Origin: Octopus vulgaris
Lineage: Eukaryota
Direction of reading: 5' to 3'
Length of the DNA stretch: 64,000 nt
Assembly: GCA_951406725.2 (NCBI GenBank)
Contig: OX597837.1
Span: 42,098,001 to 42,162,000, forward strand
Positions within the stretch are counted from its first letter, which is position 1. Each line of letters starts with the position of its first letter. The translations under genes and the position numbers were made by a program. The notes under the pieces were generated by a model, which did not search any database, had not been told where the DNA came from, and was given only the letters and a program-made list of their open reading frames with translations. Positions 11,830-24,522 of the stretch are shown in pieces.

Positions 11830-13007
11830 GTTATGTTTCTTTACATTTTGAGTTCAGATCCTGTCGAGCTTAATTTTTGCCATTCGTCCATTCCAAGGTC
11901 AAATACCAGGACTTGATGATAGTCAACTAACTATACACCCTGCCTCACAAAAATATGTGACCTTGAATAAATGTTAGAAAACCTCATCAACACTATCATC
12001 ATCGTCGTTATAATTAAGGTGTTGAACTTCGAAGAATTGTCAGTGGTTTCTTTTTTTTTTAACAACTCTTTAGATTCTCAGTTCAAATCCCACTTTCCCC
12101 TTCACACCTCTAGGGGTCATAAAGTATCAGTCAAGTACTGTGGTTAATGTAATCGACTAATTCCTTACTCACAAGATTGCTGTCCTTGCGCAAAAATTAG
12201 AAATTGTTGTTGTTGTTGTTATAATTATTATTATTATCATTATTAAGGTGGTGAGCTGACAAAATCATTAGCATGCCGGGCAAAATGTTTAGCAGCATTT
12301 CATCTATCCTTACGTTCTGAGTTCAAATTCTGCCAAGGTTGACTTTGCCCTTCATCCTTTCTGGTTCAATAAATTAAGTGCCAGTTGTGTACTGGGGTTG
12401 ATCTAATCGAATGACCCTCTCTCCCAAAATTTTGGGTCTTGTGCTTAGAGTAGAAAATAACAAAATTGAAAGGCGACGAGCTGGCAGAAACCGTTAGCAT
12501 ACCGGGTGAAATACTTAGCGGTATTTCATCTGTCTTTACGTTCTGAGTTCAAATTCCACCGAGGTTGACTGTACCTTTCATTCTTTCGGGTTTGATAAAT
12601 TAAGTACCTGTTGCATACTGAGGGTCATTCTAATTGACTGCCCCCCTCCCCAAAAATTTCAGGCCTTGTACCTAGAGTAAAAAATATTATCAGTATTGAG
12701 TCAGGAAGCTGGCAGAATCATTAGCACATCAGACAATATGCTGAGCAGCATTTCTTCAAGCTCTGTACAGTCTAAGTTCAATTTCTGCTGAGGTCAGCTT
12801 TGCCTTTCACTCTTTTGAGAATGCCGGTGCTGGAGTCAATGAAAGTGGCTAACCTTCTCCCCCAAATTCGCTGGCCTTATGCCAAAATCCAAAACAATTA
12901 TTATTATTATTTGGCCAAGATTGACTTCACCTTTTTTTCCTTTTGGAATCAATAAAATATGTACCAGTTGTGCCAAAATTTGAAAGCATTATTATTATTA
13001 TTATTAT

Positions 13008-13039
<32 letters not shown>

Positions 13040-13260
13040 AGGTGGTGAGCTGGCAAAATCATTAGTATTGCCAGGCAAAATGCTTAGTGGAATTTCATCC
13101 GTCATTATTAAGTTCTGAGTTCAAATGCTGCTGAGGTCGACTTTGCCTTTCATCCCTTTGGGGGTTGATAAAATAAAGTATCAGTTGAGCAGTGGGGTTG
13201 AGGTAATTGACTTACCCACTTCCCTAATTTGGTGGCCTTGTGCCAAAATTTGAAATCATC
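11830..13260 (+). mobile_element. Cluster of ~6-7 co-oriented, variably decayed family-B SINEs separated by (ATT)n
   Basis: Repeated gagttcaaattc...gactttgcctttcatcc...ggccttgtgccaaaa modules at ~11840, 12015, 12246, 12470, 12705, 12915 and 13040. Confidence 0.75.
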
Positions 13261-13407
13261 ATCATCATCGTCATTATATTTTATAAAGATTGACATAACT
13301 CTTCACAAAGGTAAATAGACAATACGAAGAGCGTGACGCGCTTCGCATTTTTGTCCTCCTCCTCCTCCTCCACCACTACTACCACCACTGCTACCGCAGC
13401 CACCACC

Positions 13408-13442
<35 letters not shown>

Positions 13443-13573
13443 TATATAGTAATATACATACATACATATATATATATACATATATAGTAATATACATACA
13501 TACATATATATATATATACATACTATATATATATATATATATATACATATATAGTAATATACATACATACATA

Positions 13574-13844
13574 TACTTTGATACTTTGATAGGTTTCGGC
13601 CATTATTGGCCCAGGCCATGTCTAACTTAATAGCACCACCTGGTGAAGTCTTTCAAGTCAGAATTTGGGCACTATGGCCCACTCAAGTAGAGAGTTATTG
13701 TTTACAGAGACATATCCGGGTGTAGGGGGTTTATCCGGGATTTCTTGAAGGAATCTGTCCAAAGACTTCTTGAACCCTATAGGGTCAGTTTTTGTTTTAA
13801 TGTGTTTTGGTGTAATGTTAAAGAGAGCGGGGCCAATTGAGGTG

Positions 13845-13846
<2 letters not shown>
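13574..13846 (-). mobile_element. CR1-clade LINE 3' end (ORF2 C-terminus, 3' UTR and TCAAAGTA tandem tail)
   Basis: Minus frame FTSIGPALFNITPKHIKTKTDPIGFKKSLDRFLQEIPDKPPTPGYVSVNNNSLLEWAIVPKF* (stop at 13658-13660). Tail is ggtggtgc...catggcctgggccaataatggccgaaacctatcaaagtatcaaagta. Confidence 0.8.
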
Positions 13847-13916
<70 letters not shown>

Positions 13917-14449
13917 ATCTATGTATGTTACTGTATGTAAATATAGATATTGAAATTATCGGTAACTATAAATATTTACTTATGGTGGAACTCTATACTG
14001 TTAGATTGGAATTTATTAATCCTAGAACATTTAGTCTCACCTTCGTGCCAACGTATATCTATGTATGTATGTTACTATATATATACATATAGATATATAT
14101 ACATGTAACAATTACTAAAAGTACTAAAAGAAACCAATGTTAATAGCCTGACTGTCTGGAAACATTTTTTATAAATTCATTTTCTAAGAAATTGCCTATA
14201 ATTTCGATTTCTGAAGTTTATTGAATTTTTTAAACTCCGAATCCTCGCAAATTTAAATATTCATTGCATTCACTGCCTGCAATTCTTCATAAATTTAAAT
14301 ATTCATTGCATTCACTGCGGAACAGATTTTAATGTTTAGTAATAAACACTATTAATTTGTTGAGGGCAACATTTTACATTGTTGTTTGCAGCAGTCTCCC
14401 AGTCTCACTCACCTCTATGTTCGTTAATGATAATTTAATAATAGCTAAA

Positions 14450-14710
14450 TAACTTTGATACGAGACACAATTTGAAAAATATTATCAGTTTCCGGAGTTT
14501 GTTAAATTAATATTTTTGATAAAAACGAAAAATTTTTAATATACAGGTAAAATTTTAAAGTGATTTTGTGTTGAATGAACGCATGCTATTACACAAAATA
14601 CCTGTATAATTTTGATACGAGGCACAATTTCAAGAATATTATCAGTTTCCGGAGTTTGTTAAATGAAAATTTATGATAAAATGAAAATTCTTTAATATAC
14701 AGGTATAATT
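14450..14710. repeat. Direct duplication of ~105 bp with a period of ~157 bp
   Basis: ttgatacgag.cacaattt.aa.aatattatcagtttccggagtttgttaaat...tttaatatacaggta occurs twice. Confidence 0.8.
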
Positions 14711-14861
14711 TTTTTTTTTTTTTTAATGAAGAAGTGATTTTGTTGGTATGGCTACTTGGAACACTATAAGCCTTCCAATAATAACTATGTGATCGCTGCT
14801 ATTTCTAGCACGCTAAACAAGATAGTTTTTAAGGAGCTTTCATTTATATATAATATGCGAT

Positions 14862-15265
14862 TGTGCCCGTTGCCAGCCTCGCCTGGCCTCCATACCGGTG
14901 GCACGTAAAAAGCACCATCCGATCATGGCCATTGCCAGCCTCGCCTGGCCTCCGTCCAAACGTGACCGTTTGCACCATCCAATCGTGGTCATTTGCCAGC
15001 CTCATCTGGCACCTGTGCCGGTGGCACGTAAAAAGCACCATCCGATCCTGGCCGTTTGCCAGCTTCGTCTGACACCTGTGCCGGTGGCATGTAAAAAGCA
15101 CCCACTACACTCCTGGAGTGGTTGGCGTTAGGAAGGGCATCCAGCCGTAGAAACATTGCCAGATCAGACTGGGCCTGGTGCAACCTTCTGGCTTCCCAGA
15201 CCCCAGTTGAACCGTCCAACCCATGCCAGCATGGAAAGCGGACACTAAACGATGATGATGATGAT
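14862..15265 (+). mobile_element. SINE family C with expanded internal ~55-60-bp repeats
   Basis: Units of (g)ccggtggcacgtaaaaagcaccatccgatc.tggcc.ttgccagcctcg, then ggttggcgttaggaagggcatccagccgtag and a (GAT)n tail. Confidence 0.85.
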
Positions 15266-15266
15266 G

Positions 15267-16764
15267 CAACTGAAAAAGAAAATTTAGCAGCAAAGGCACA
15301 ACGGCAGAGAGAAGGACAGGCAACTGAATCAGATGAAACCAGGGCAAAGTGACTGAAACACGCCTGAATATCCACTGAGGTGTAGACATAATTCTGTTTC
15401 CGTTACACACGATTGACTGGTTAGGGTATCACAAGAGGAGAATATTCTCTTGAATGTAATAATGGTGGCAGATTACAAATTGATGCAACACTAAACAAAT
15501 CTTTTCTTTGCGATAATGTGGAAGTGGTGGAGTTGACAACCAATCAAAGACTTCTTACGGAAGGTCATTCTGATGAAAGAGAGTTTGCTAATTACCTTCT
15601 CGATGTAGGAAACGGTAACATTTCTGTGAATTCAAAATCAAACTACCTAATGACCCTTGCCTTGAAAGGGGTACTCTTTCAGATTTATGTGATTTTGTAT
15701 ATGCTGGGCCTCAAAAATAACTTCACAAACCCTGTGTGGCTTGCAAATTGAACCATCGTGACCCCAACAAATGAAGCAGCACAATTTGTGAATGATTTTC
15801 TGTTGACCAGGATCCCTGGTGAGCGAAAAATATACAGAAGCTCAGATACAGCTGATAAAGAAACTCTGTACTTAATTGAGTTAGTCAAAAAACTTACACC
15901 ACCAGGGTTTCCACCACACATTCTCAAACTGGAAAAAAAAATGATGCATAATGGCGCAGGGGTGGCTGTGTGGTAAGTAGCTTGCTTACGAACCACATGG
16001 TTCCGGGTTCAGACCCACTGCGTGGCACCTTGGGCAAGTGTCTTCTACTATAGCCTCAGGCCGACCAAAGCCTTGTGAGTGGATTTGGTAGACGGAAACT
16101 GATAGAAGCCCATCGTATATATGTATATATACATATATGTGTGTGTGTGTGTGTGTATGTGTGTGTGTGTTTGTGTGTCTGTGTTTGTCCCCCTAGCACT
16201 GCTTGACAACCGATGCTGGTGTGCTTATGTCCCCATCACTTAGTGGTTCGGCAAAAGAGACCGATAGAATAAGTACTGGGCTTACAAAAGAATAAATCCT
16301 GGGGTCGAGTTGCTCGACTAAAAGCGGTGCTCCAGCATGGTCGCAGTCAAATGACTGAAACAAGTAAAAGAGTAAAAGAGTAAAGAGAGTAATGGACATT
16401 GCAATGGCATGTACTACATCACTGTCAGTTTACATGATCATGCTATTGAGGTTGGGGTTGCTTCTGGTCCTTATGCAAGATCAACTCTGCTAATCCAAAG
16501 AATACCACATGTATCTCAAGGAATGGAATTTCCATTTTCATTTACATGCAAACAATTTCCTGTCAAGTCAGCTTCTGCCTTGACGTGCAACAGGGCACAG
16601 GAACAGACTTTTGAACAAATTGGAAATATATCTTCTGACACAATTCCTCTCACATAGTCATCTGTGCGTTGCGTTATCCGGAGTTCAAAAAGAAAATATT
16701 GGCTGAGAGAAATGGAAACAATATGATTACTGACAATTGTGTCTACAAGGAGATACTACTTTAA
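15267..16764 (+). mobile_element. Helitron RepHel remnant (Pif1-family helicase C-terminus), degraded and SINE-interrupted
   Basis: Motifs include LTTNQRL..EFANYLLDVGNG, IVTPTNEAAQFVN, PPGFPPHILKL, NGHCNG, IQRIP, FPFSFTCKQFPV..ALTCNRAQEQTF, IYL..FLSHSHLCVALSGV and the terminal TDNCVYKEILL*. A charged repeat, ATEKENLAAKAQRQREGQATESDETRAK, starts at 15267. Confidence 0.9.
15953..16390 (+). mobile_element. SINE family A inserted in the Helitron helicase
   Basis: Full head ggcgcaggggtggctgtgtggtaag through tail gactgaaacaa(gtaaaaga)n. Confidence 0.9.
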
Positions 16765-17589
16765 AGCTAAAATGTGCTTTGTAGCTAGTTTCAGTAGATA
16801 AAATTAACACATAAATTATATGCGAAGTAGCATATATCTGTGTGGAATTAAATTGTTTTGGCATATTTCAGCAGATGCCGAATGAATGATATCATTATTT
16901 TAGATCATTTTGAATTTGGGTATATTTGGAAAACGAAATGTCATTCCCATGTGTCCTCACAGCACCAGACTTTAGTGCATGTGTGTGTGTGTGTGTGTGT
17001 ATCCCTCCCTCCCTCTAACTATCTATCTATCTATCTATATCTATCTATCTCTCTATCTATCTCTCTACCTACCTACCTATCTATCTATCTATCTACCTAC
17101 CTATCTCTCTATCTATCTATCAATATCTATTTATCTGTCTATCAATCTGTTTGTCTATCTATCTATCTATCTATCTATGCACACCTATGTAAGTTCTGCC
17201 AAATATCAATGATAAATATACATAACAGATTGACTCTTTAAAAAGAGAGATTGCGACTGATAAAATAATGAGAGAAATATTTACTAAGCAAGGGAGCACT
17301 ATTATATAAACAAAATAATTAGACGTAAAATATAAAAATTATTAGGATTGGATATCAAATGTGGATATATTATCGAGTGGCTAGCAGAAAACCATCCGGA
17401 GGGCAGTCTTTCTGCTAGAACACATAAGTCAATACAACATATATAATTGATTACTATTAAAGTTTTGTACCACCATTCCCATGCAAAATGCAGGTGTAAC
17501 ACAAATACAACCTACAGATCAGTAAAAACAGTATATCTCTCCCTCTGTCTGTCTGTCTGTCTGTCTCTCTTTATCCATATTATAACGAT

Positions 17590-18099
17590 AAATAAATGTG
17601 CCCTTTTAAAGCCTAGCCAGGCTCATGGGCCCAGTTTCCCGGTTTCTATGGCGTATGTGTTCCCCAGCTGGACGGGACGCCAGTCCATCGCAACGTTACT
17701 CATTTTTGCCAGCTGAGTGGACTGGAGCAATGTAAAATGAAGTGTTTTGCTCAAGAACACAACACGTCACCTGGTCCAAGAATTGAAACCACAAACTTAC
17801 GATCATGATGCTGACACCCTAACCACTAAGCCACGCACCTCCACAAATAAATGCGCCCTTTTAAAGCCTAGCCAGGTTCATGGGCCCAGTTTCCCGGTTT
17901 CTATGGCGTATGTGTTCCCCAGCTGGACGGGGCGCCAGTCCATCGCAGCGTTACTCATTTTTGCCAGCTGAGTGGATTGGAGCAATGTAAAATGAAGTGT
18001 TTTGCTCAAGAACACAACACGTCACCCGGTCCAAGAATCGAAACCACAATCTTACGATCATGATGCTGACATCCTAACCACTAGGCCACACGCCTCCAC
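17590..18099 (-). mobile_element. Head-to-tail dimer of SINE family D (2 x ~255 bp)
   Basis: Two near-identical units. Minus strand reads gtggaggcgtgtggcctagtggttagg, gtttcgattc, gtgttcttgagcaaaacacttc, ctgcgatggactggcg.cccgtccag, catttattt. Confidence 0.9.
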
Positions 18100-19056
18100 T
18101 ATCCATATTATATTACATAATATTTTATTATGATAACCAAGTAATTCAAGTAATATAAAATGGCCTTCCACACGTTGATCAAATTCCACTCCCATAGCAT
18201 TGGTCAAATTGAGGCAATTGTGGAAACGGCTTGTCCAGTTGACCAAGGCACCGTACAGTCTGAACACTGGACTATGTCACTGCAAAACAAATAACCATGC
18301 AGTTCCAAACATATCCTCAGCTAACCCAGGTTTTAAAAAGCTGATGGGACCACACTTGCTGTAACAAATAACATTGTACTCGACACATATTAGGGGAATA
18401 CAAAGGGGGATGAGAGAGAAAGAGAGAAATGGTTATTTCCAGGGCTGGCTGTGAATGGAGAGTTTCAGTTTCGATTCCTGATTACAGCATTTTTATTTTC
18501 ATTCTCCCATCATTACATCACGATTCTCTTTTGTTAAAGTGAAAGATGTGGACACATTACTGAATCTCGTTTATTCTTTTCCTAAAACACACTCAGGCGT
18601 TATGCAGGCTACGTAAGAAATCAATATCCACATATATATATATATATATATACATACATACACACATATAGATATTTATATACATATATAGATACACACA
18701 TATAGATACATATATACATACATACACATATGTATACATACACACACACATATATATACATATATAAACACATATATATATACATACATACATACACACA
18801 TATATTTACATATACACATATATTTACATGTACATATATAAATATATACACGTATATATACACATATATACACACACATATATACACATATATACATACA
18901 TATATATCCGTACACATAAATATATATACATACACTCACATATATACATACATATACACCTCTTACTCCCATATATATGTGTGTATATATATAAACACAC
19001 ACACACACAAAACATTGTCCATTCAACAGACTATATATTTCTGCTATAAAAACAAA

Positions 19057-19137
<81 letters not shown>

Positions 19138-19472
19138 GCTGGGACAGACAAAACAAAACCTGTTTCTGAGCTTCATCAAAACAAATCATTATTAGATATT
19201 TTCTTCTTTCTTTTTTCTTTTTGTTTTTTTTTGTTGAATTATCAATAAAAAAAAAGATAATAAATTGCAATATTACAGATTACTAATAAACATGTTTTCT
19301 TTTTGTCTTCTTTTCTTTTCTCTTCTTCTTCTTTTCTTTTGCTTGTGTGTTTTTATTTTCAGTTTTTTCTTTCTTTCCCTTCTTTGTCCTACTCCACCTA
19401 TTATCTTTCGTTGATGAGGAAAATGTTTTACTCACAAAAGTTTTCCACTGATTTTACTATTATGGCTATTGT

Positions 19473-19507
<35 letters not shown>

Positions 19508-19519
19508 TTATCATTATTA

Positions 19520-19914
19520 GGTAATCATTATTATTATAATCATTATTTTTATTACTACTATTATTATTGTTACAAATATTGCTATTATTATCATCATCAT
19601 CATTATTATTATTATTATTAATTATATCATTATTACTATTATTATTGTTACAAACGTTTCTATTATTATTGTCAAGAAATCAATATTGTTAAAGTTATCA
19701 TTATTAATATTATTTCTGTTACTACTACTACTACTACAACTACTACTGCTTCTAATTATTATTATTATTATTATCAGTATTATTCTTATTAGATAATCAT
19801 TATTATTATAATCATTAATATTATTATTACTATTATTATTATCATTAATATCATTATTTTTTTTATTACTACTATTATTATTGTTACAACTATTGCTATT
19901 ATTATCATCATCAT

Positions 19915-19945
<31 letters not shown>

Positions 19946-20194
19946 ATCATTATTACTATTATTATTGTTACAAACGTTTCTATTATTATTGTTATTAAGA
20001 AATCATTATTGTTAAAGTTATCATTATTAATATTATTTCTGTTACCACCACCACCACCACTATTTATTATTATCATTATCATCATTAGGTAATCATTATT
20101 ATTATAATCATTAATATTATTATTACTATTATTATTATCATATATATCATTGTTATTTTTATTACTACTATTATTATTGTTACAACTATTGCTA

Positions 20195-20228
<34 letters not shown>

Positions 20229-20327
20229 CGACGAAATAACTATTATTATTGTTACAAGCATTTTTTATTATTATTGCTATCAAGAAATCATTATTGTTAA
20301 AGTTATCATTTTTAATATTATTTCTGT

Positions 20328-20365
<38 letters not shown>

Positions 20366-20370
20366 TCATT
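19520..20370. repeat. (ATT/ACT/ATC)n low-complexity array with ~320-bp higher-order repeat
   Basis: attatatcattattactattattattgttacaaacgtttctattattatt at 19621 and 19941, with a partial third copy. Confidence 0.8.
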
Positions 20371-21027
20371 ACTGTTTTGTTTGTTTTAATATTTAGTTTA
20401 CGGTGGGGCTGGGGTGGTGGGAGAAGTGTGCTAGACGAGGAGTGCGAAGAAGAGAGTGGTGGGTGGGGTGGGTGTGCACGAGGGGAGGAGAGGATAGTTT
20501 GTTATAAAATTAAAAATTAACATCCATTAATGTTTCATGATTTCAGCTAAAAATTCCAGTTGATTAAAAGAGACATTTAAGCTGACATTTAAAATGGTAT
20601 TTTTAAAAAAAAAAAAATTCTTTATTGTTTTACATGCCTTGTTCTCCATTTAATAATACAAAAAAAAAAAAAAAATTATAGCCACTATCATTTATACACA
20701 CATACACACACACAACACACACATGCAAACATATACACACACTCTGACATACATATATTCAACAGCACAGCTTGAGATACAGTATGATATCGCGATGAGC
20801 CAGCAGGGGTACCTCTATGAGGGCATTCCACCTACTAGAAATAGAAGCCAAATCTCCCTTAAATTACAATTTCTTCATTTGATTTTAGGGTTTGAAGTAG
20901 CTATATCGGCCCATATATTCTACCTGTTTCATATTCAAACTGGCCAGATTCAACCCCTTGCACCTACCCTACAATGTCATTCTAAGAGTAAGCAGCCATT
21001 GCCATTAAACTCTTGAAGCTACAAGAT

Positions 21028-21245
21028 ACTCTGTTACTCTTTTACTTGTTTCAGTCATTTGACTGTGGCCATGCTGGAGTACCACCTTTAGTCGACCAAA
21101 TTGACCCCAGGACTTATTCTTTGTAAACCCAGTACTTATTTTATTGGTCACTTTTGCCGAACCGCTATGTGACGGGGACGTAAACACACCAGTATCGGTT
21201 GTCAAGCGATGTTGGGGGGACAAACACAGACACACAAACATACAT

Positions 21246-21308
<63 letters not shown>

Positions 21309-21472
21309 TACGATGGGCTTCTTTCTGTTTCCGTCTACCAAATCCACTCACAAGGCTTCGGTCAGCCCAAGGCTATAGTAGAAGACACTTGCCCAAGGTG
21401 CCACGCAGTGGGACTGAACCCAGAACCATGTGGTTGGTAAGCAAGCTACTTACCACACAGCCACTCCTACGC
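21028..21472 (-). mobile_element. SINE family A inserted in a family-1 TTAA MITE
   Basis: Full family-A copy. The flanks rejoin to MITE sequence ending aatgctaaagggttaa at 21551. Confidence 0.85.
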
Positions 21473-21682
21473 CAATGAACAATTAATTCAAAACAATGTG
21501 AATAAACAAGGATTTACTTTTGAAAAGGAAATCTGAATGCTAAAGGGTTAAGAAAAAAGGGACATGTTGGATAATGTAGTGCTAGTTACACAATTACTAA
21601 AGACAAGGTAAGATGGCCCCAGTTGGAAGGCTTTTAATCATGGGTCTGTTTAATCAGGGTTAGTCTGGGATTCAACAACAAC

Positions 21683-21920
21683 ATCATCATCGTTTAACAT
21701 CCGTTTTTTATGCTAGCATGGGTTGGATGGTTCGACCAGGGTCTGGGAAGCCAGGAGGCTACACCAGGCTCCAGTCTGATCTGGCAGTGTTTCTACAGCT
21801 GGATGCCCTTCCTAACGCCAACCACTCTGTGAGTGTAGTGGGTGCTTTTTACGTGCCACCTGCACAGGTGCCAGGCGAGGCTGGCAACAGCCACAATTAG
21901 TTGGTGCTTTTTATGTGCCA
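21683..21920 (-). mobile_element. SINE family C
   Basis: catcatcatcgtttaac...ggatgcccttcctaacgccaaccactc...gtgctttttacgtgccac. Confidence 0.85.
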
Positions 21921-22081
21921 GAAGATGGATTTGGCTGTTTTGGACATAACAAGATAAAGTATTTGGGCCAAATACAACTGGTTTAAATGCCAAGGAGTTA
22001 AGTATTACCAGGCAGTGTATTCGACCTGTTTGAAGTTTGAAATAAATGTCATGTAGATAATACTAATTATGTATCATATAT

Positions 22082-22497
22082 CTTTTACTTATTTCAGCTA
22101 TTAGACTGTGGCCATGCTGGGGCACCACCTTAAAGAATTTTAGTCAAATGAATTGACTCCAGGACTTATTTTTTTTTAAAGCTCTATATTTATTGTAGCA
22201 ATTAAACTTTTTGCGATAAAGCTAAGTTACAGAGAGATAAACACACCAACACCAGGTCTCAGTCAGTTGTGGCAAATATAGACAGACACAGATACACACA
22301 CACACACACACACACACACAGAATGAGCTGCTTTCAGTTTCTGTCTATTACATCTACTCACAAGGCTTTGGCAAGCCCAAGGTTTTGGCAAGCCCAAGGC
22401 TATAGTAAAAGACGCTAACCCTAAGTGCCACACAGTTGAACTGAACCTGGAACCATGTGGTTGGAAAACAAGCTTCTTACCATACAGTCACACCTGT
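22082..22497 (-). mobile_element. Diverged SINE family A
   Basis: Tail and head are alignable to family A. There is an 18-bp internal duplication (caagg.tttggcaagcc). Confidence 0.75.
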
Positions 22498-22599
22498 GTA
22501 TGTGTGTGTGTGCATGCTAGCACGTGCATAGTATCTTACCACCTTGCAGCAATCAAAGGTATCTTATGCCCTTGGCAGAGAAACACTACTTTAATGAAA

Positions 22600-22633
<34 letters not shown>

Positions 22634-24054
22634 AAAGACCTACTTCAATATAATGAAAATCAGAACTGTACATTTTGAGAATGGTGCATAACTAGTATTG
22701 GAGGGTGGGGTGGGGACGGGGAACATTGGCAAAATAAATGCAGATTGATTTAAATAAAAACAAGTCTAAAAACTAAGACTGAACAACAACAAAAAATATA
22801 TAAATAAAAACAAGCGAACCGTGCATGTCTGCAGAAGTATTGTTATAAGTGATATTAATTGCAATCAGCATTTGGTGTCACCAAAGTTGGTACCAAACCC
22901 CCACCCCCATCATACCCCCCCCATACACCCATTGGCTTCTTTTTGTCTGTTACAGATTCCCCTTAAGGTCAATAGAACAGAGCAAGACTAATTAAAAACT
23001 AATGAAAAAATATCGCAAAAATCTTTATACATGTGTATGTGTGTGTGTGTGTGTGTGCATATAAATACACATATAAGTGTATGTATGCATGTGCACACAT
23101 TCAAAAATGTAATGAATGTGCATATATATGTGTGTGTCTGTGTATCCCTATACATGTATACACACACACACATGAAGAAAATTCATATATATAGACATAA
23201 CTAACATTAATTCCAAAGAACACGCACACACACACACAATTACACCACATGTACATATTTTATACATACATATATGTATTTTATACACACGTGTGCATGC
23301 ACACAACACATATCAATTATACACTTTGATAATGTTGATGTGCATATATAAATATTTATCCACGCATGTTCACAAGCCAGTCTCACATAGAAACCCACAC
23401 ACACACTCACAAGCACACTCCCACCCAGAATCACACACACCCACAAGTACACACACACACCCACAAGTAAACACACACATACACACACACATAGACAAGA
23501 TGCCCGTTTATATTAAAACAGAGATTACATTTTTGCCAATGTCACAACAAACAACGGAGAGAGAGACAGACACGACAGAGAAAAAAACCCCCGACAACTA
23601 AAAACACAAATTGACAGTGATGATAGCGATGACAACGACGACAACATCGTTAACGACGATGGGATGGTGATGATGACAATGAATAATGACAAAGCAATAA
23701 GCAAAAGATGTAAGCTACCAAAAAAAAAAACCAAAAAAAAACCCCAAAGAATATAAAAAAGATCAACAGAGTAAAGAACGCAATGCAGGACTAAAAGACA
23801 AATGTTTAATTGTTAATAAATGTGGGACTTCTTTGCTGCTGTCTTGTTCTGACGTTAATAAGGACTCGAAATCAAATAAGAACAATGATGAAACCATCGT
23901 ATCTAGATGACGAGAGTGGAGGTGTGTGATGAGGAGGATGGCAAGGCGAAAATAGATTGGTGATGGTGGTGGCTAGATTATCTGTAAAAAACATATTAAA
24001 TGTAAATTCAGCTATTTCTCCTGTTTGTGTACGTGTGCATGCATGCGCATATAT

Positions 24055-24248
24055 ATATGTGACCGCGTGTGTGCCGTTGGCAATTTTTTTCCTCTTTCTT
24101 CCCTTCTCTAGATCTTTCCTCCTCCTACATTTCCGACGAAGAGCTCCGCTCGAAACGTTAAACCCTCCTTCCTTCCTGAGCGTCAAATAATACTATATTT
24201 GTTCCACGTCCTCGCGTTGTTGTGTTTTTTGTGTTTTCATGTTTGGAT

Positions 24249-24254
<6 letters not shown>
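24055..24254 (+). mobile_element. Penelope-like terminal repeat between TA tracts
   Basis: Pyrimidine-rich ~200-bp unit that carries a hammerhead motif. Its downstream ttcctgagcgtcaaataatac..atttgtt resembles the 32128-32320 element. Confidence 0.6.
24130..24162 (+). ncRNA. Minimal type-I hammerhead ribozyme motif (U4C core variant)
   Basis: TTT-CCGACGA-A-GAGC-TCC-GCTC-GAAA-CGTT-AAA: stem I, core, stem II, GAAA, palindromic ACGU stem III and a GUU triplet. Confidence 0.65.
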
Positions 24255-24284
<30 letters not shown>

Positions 24285-24375
24285 TATGAGTGTGTGTTTA
24301 TGTTGATTACATCAGATAAAAACATTTATATACATGCAAGTATAATACATAGGCTTTAGATTATATATATATATA

Positions 24376-24522
24376 TGGTTGGCGTTAAGAAGGGCATCCA
24401 ACTATAGAAACTCTGCCAGATCAGATTTGAGTCTGGTGCAGCCATCTGGTTCGCCAGTCCTCAGTCAAATCGTCCAACACAATATAGCATGGAAAGCGGA
24501 CACTAAACGATGATGATGATGT
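24376..24522 (+). mobile_element. SINE family C, 3' part
   Basis: tggttggcgttaagaagggcatcca...gcatggaaagcggacactaaacgatgatgatgat. Confidence 0.8.

Noticed and set aside
14862-15100. Regularly spaced repeats superficially like a CRISPR array
   Set aside because: The intervening sequences are homologous to each other, the array lies inside a SINE, the context is eukaryotic and there are no cas genes.
15953-16025. tRNA-like sequences with A and B boxes (also at 362, 27008, 30949)
   Set aside because: These are SINE heads. They lack a complete cloverleaf and run directly into SINE bodies.
22703-22721. G-quadruplex motif GGGTGGGGTGGGGACGGGG (similar G tracts at 20402-20472)
   Set aside because: It fits the consensus, but such tracts are common and there is no functional context here.
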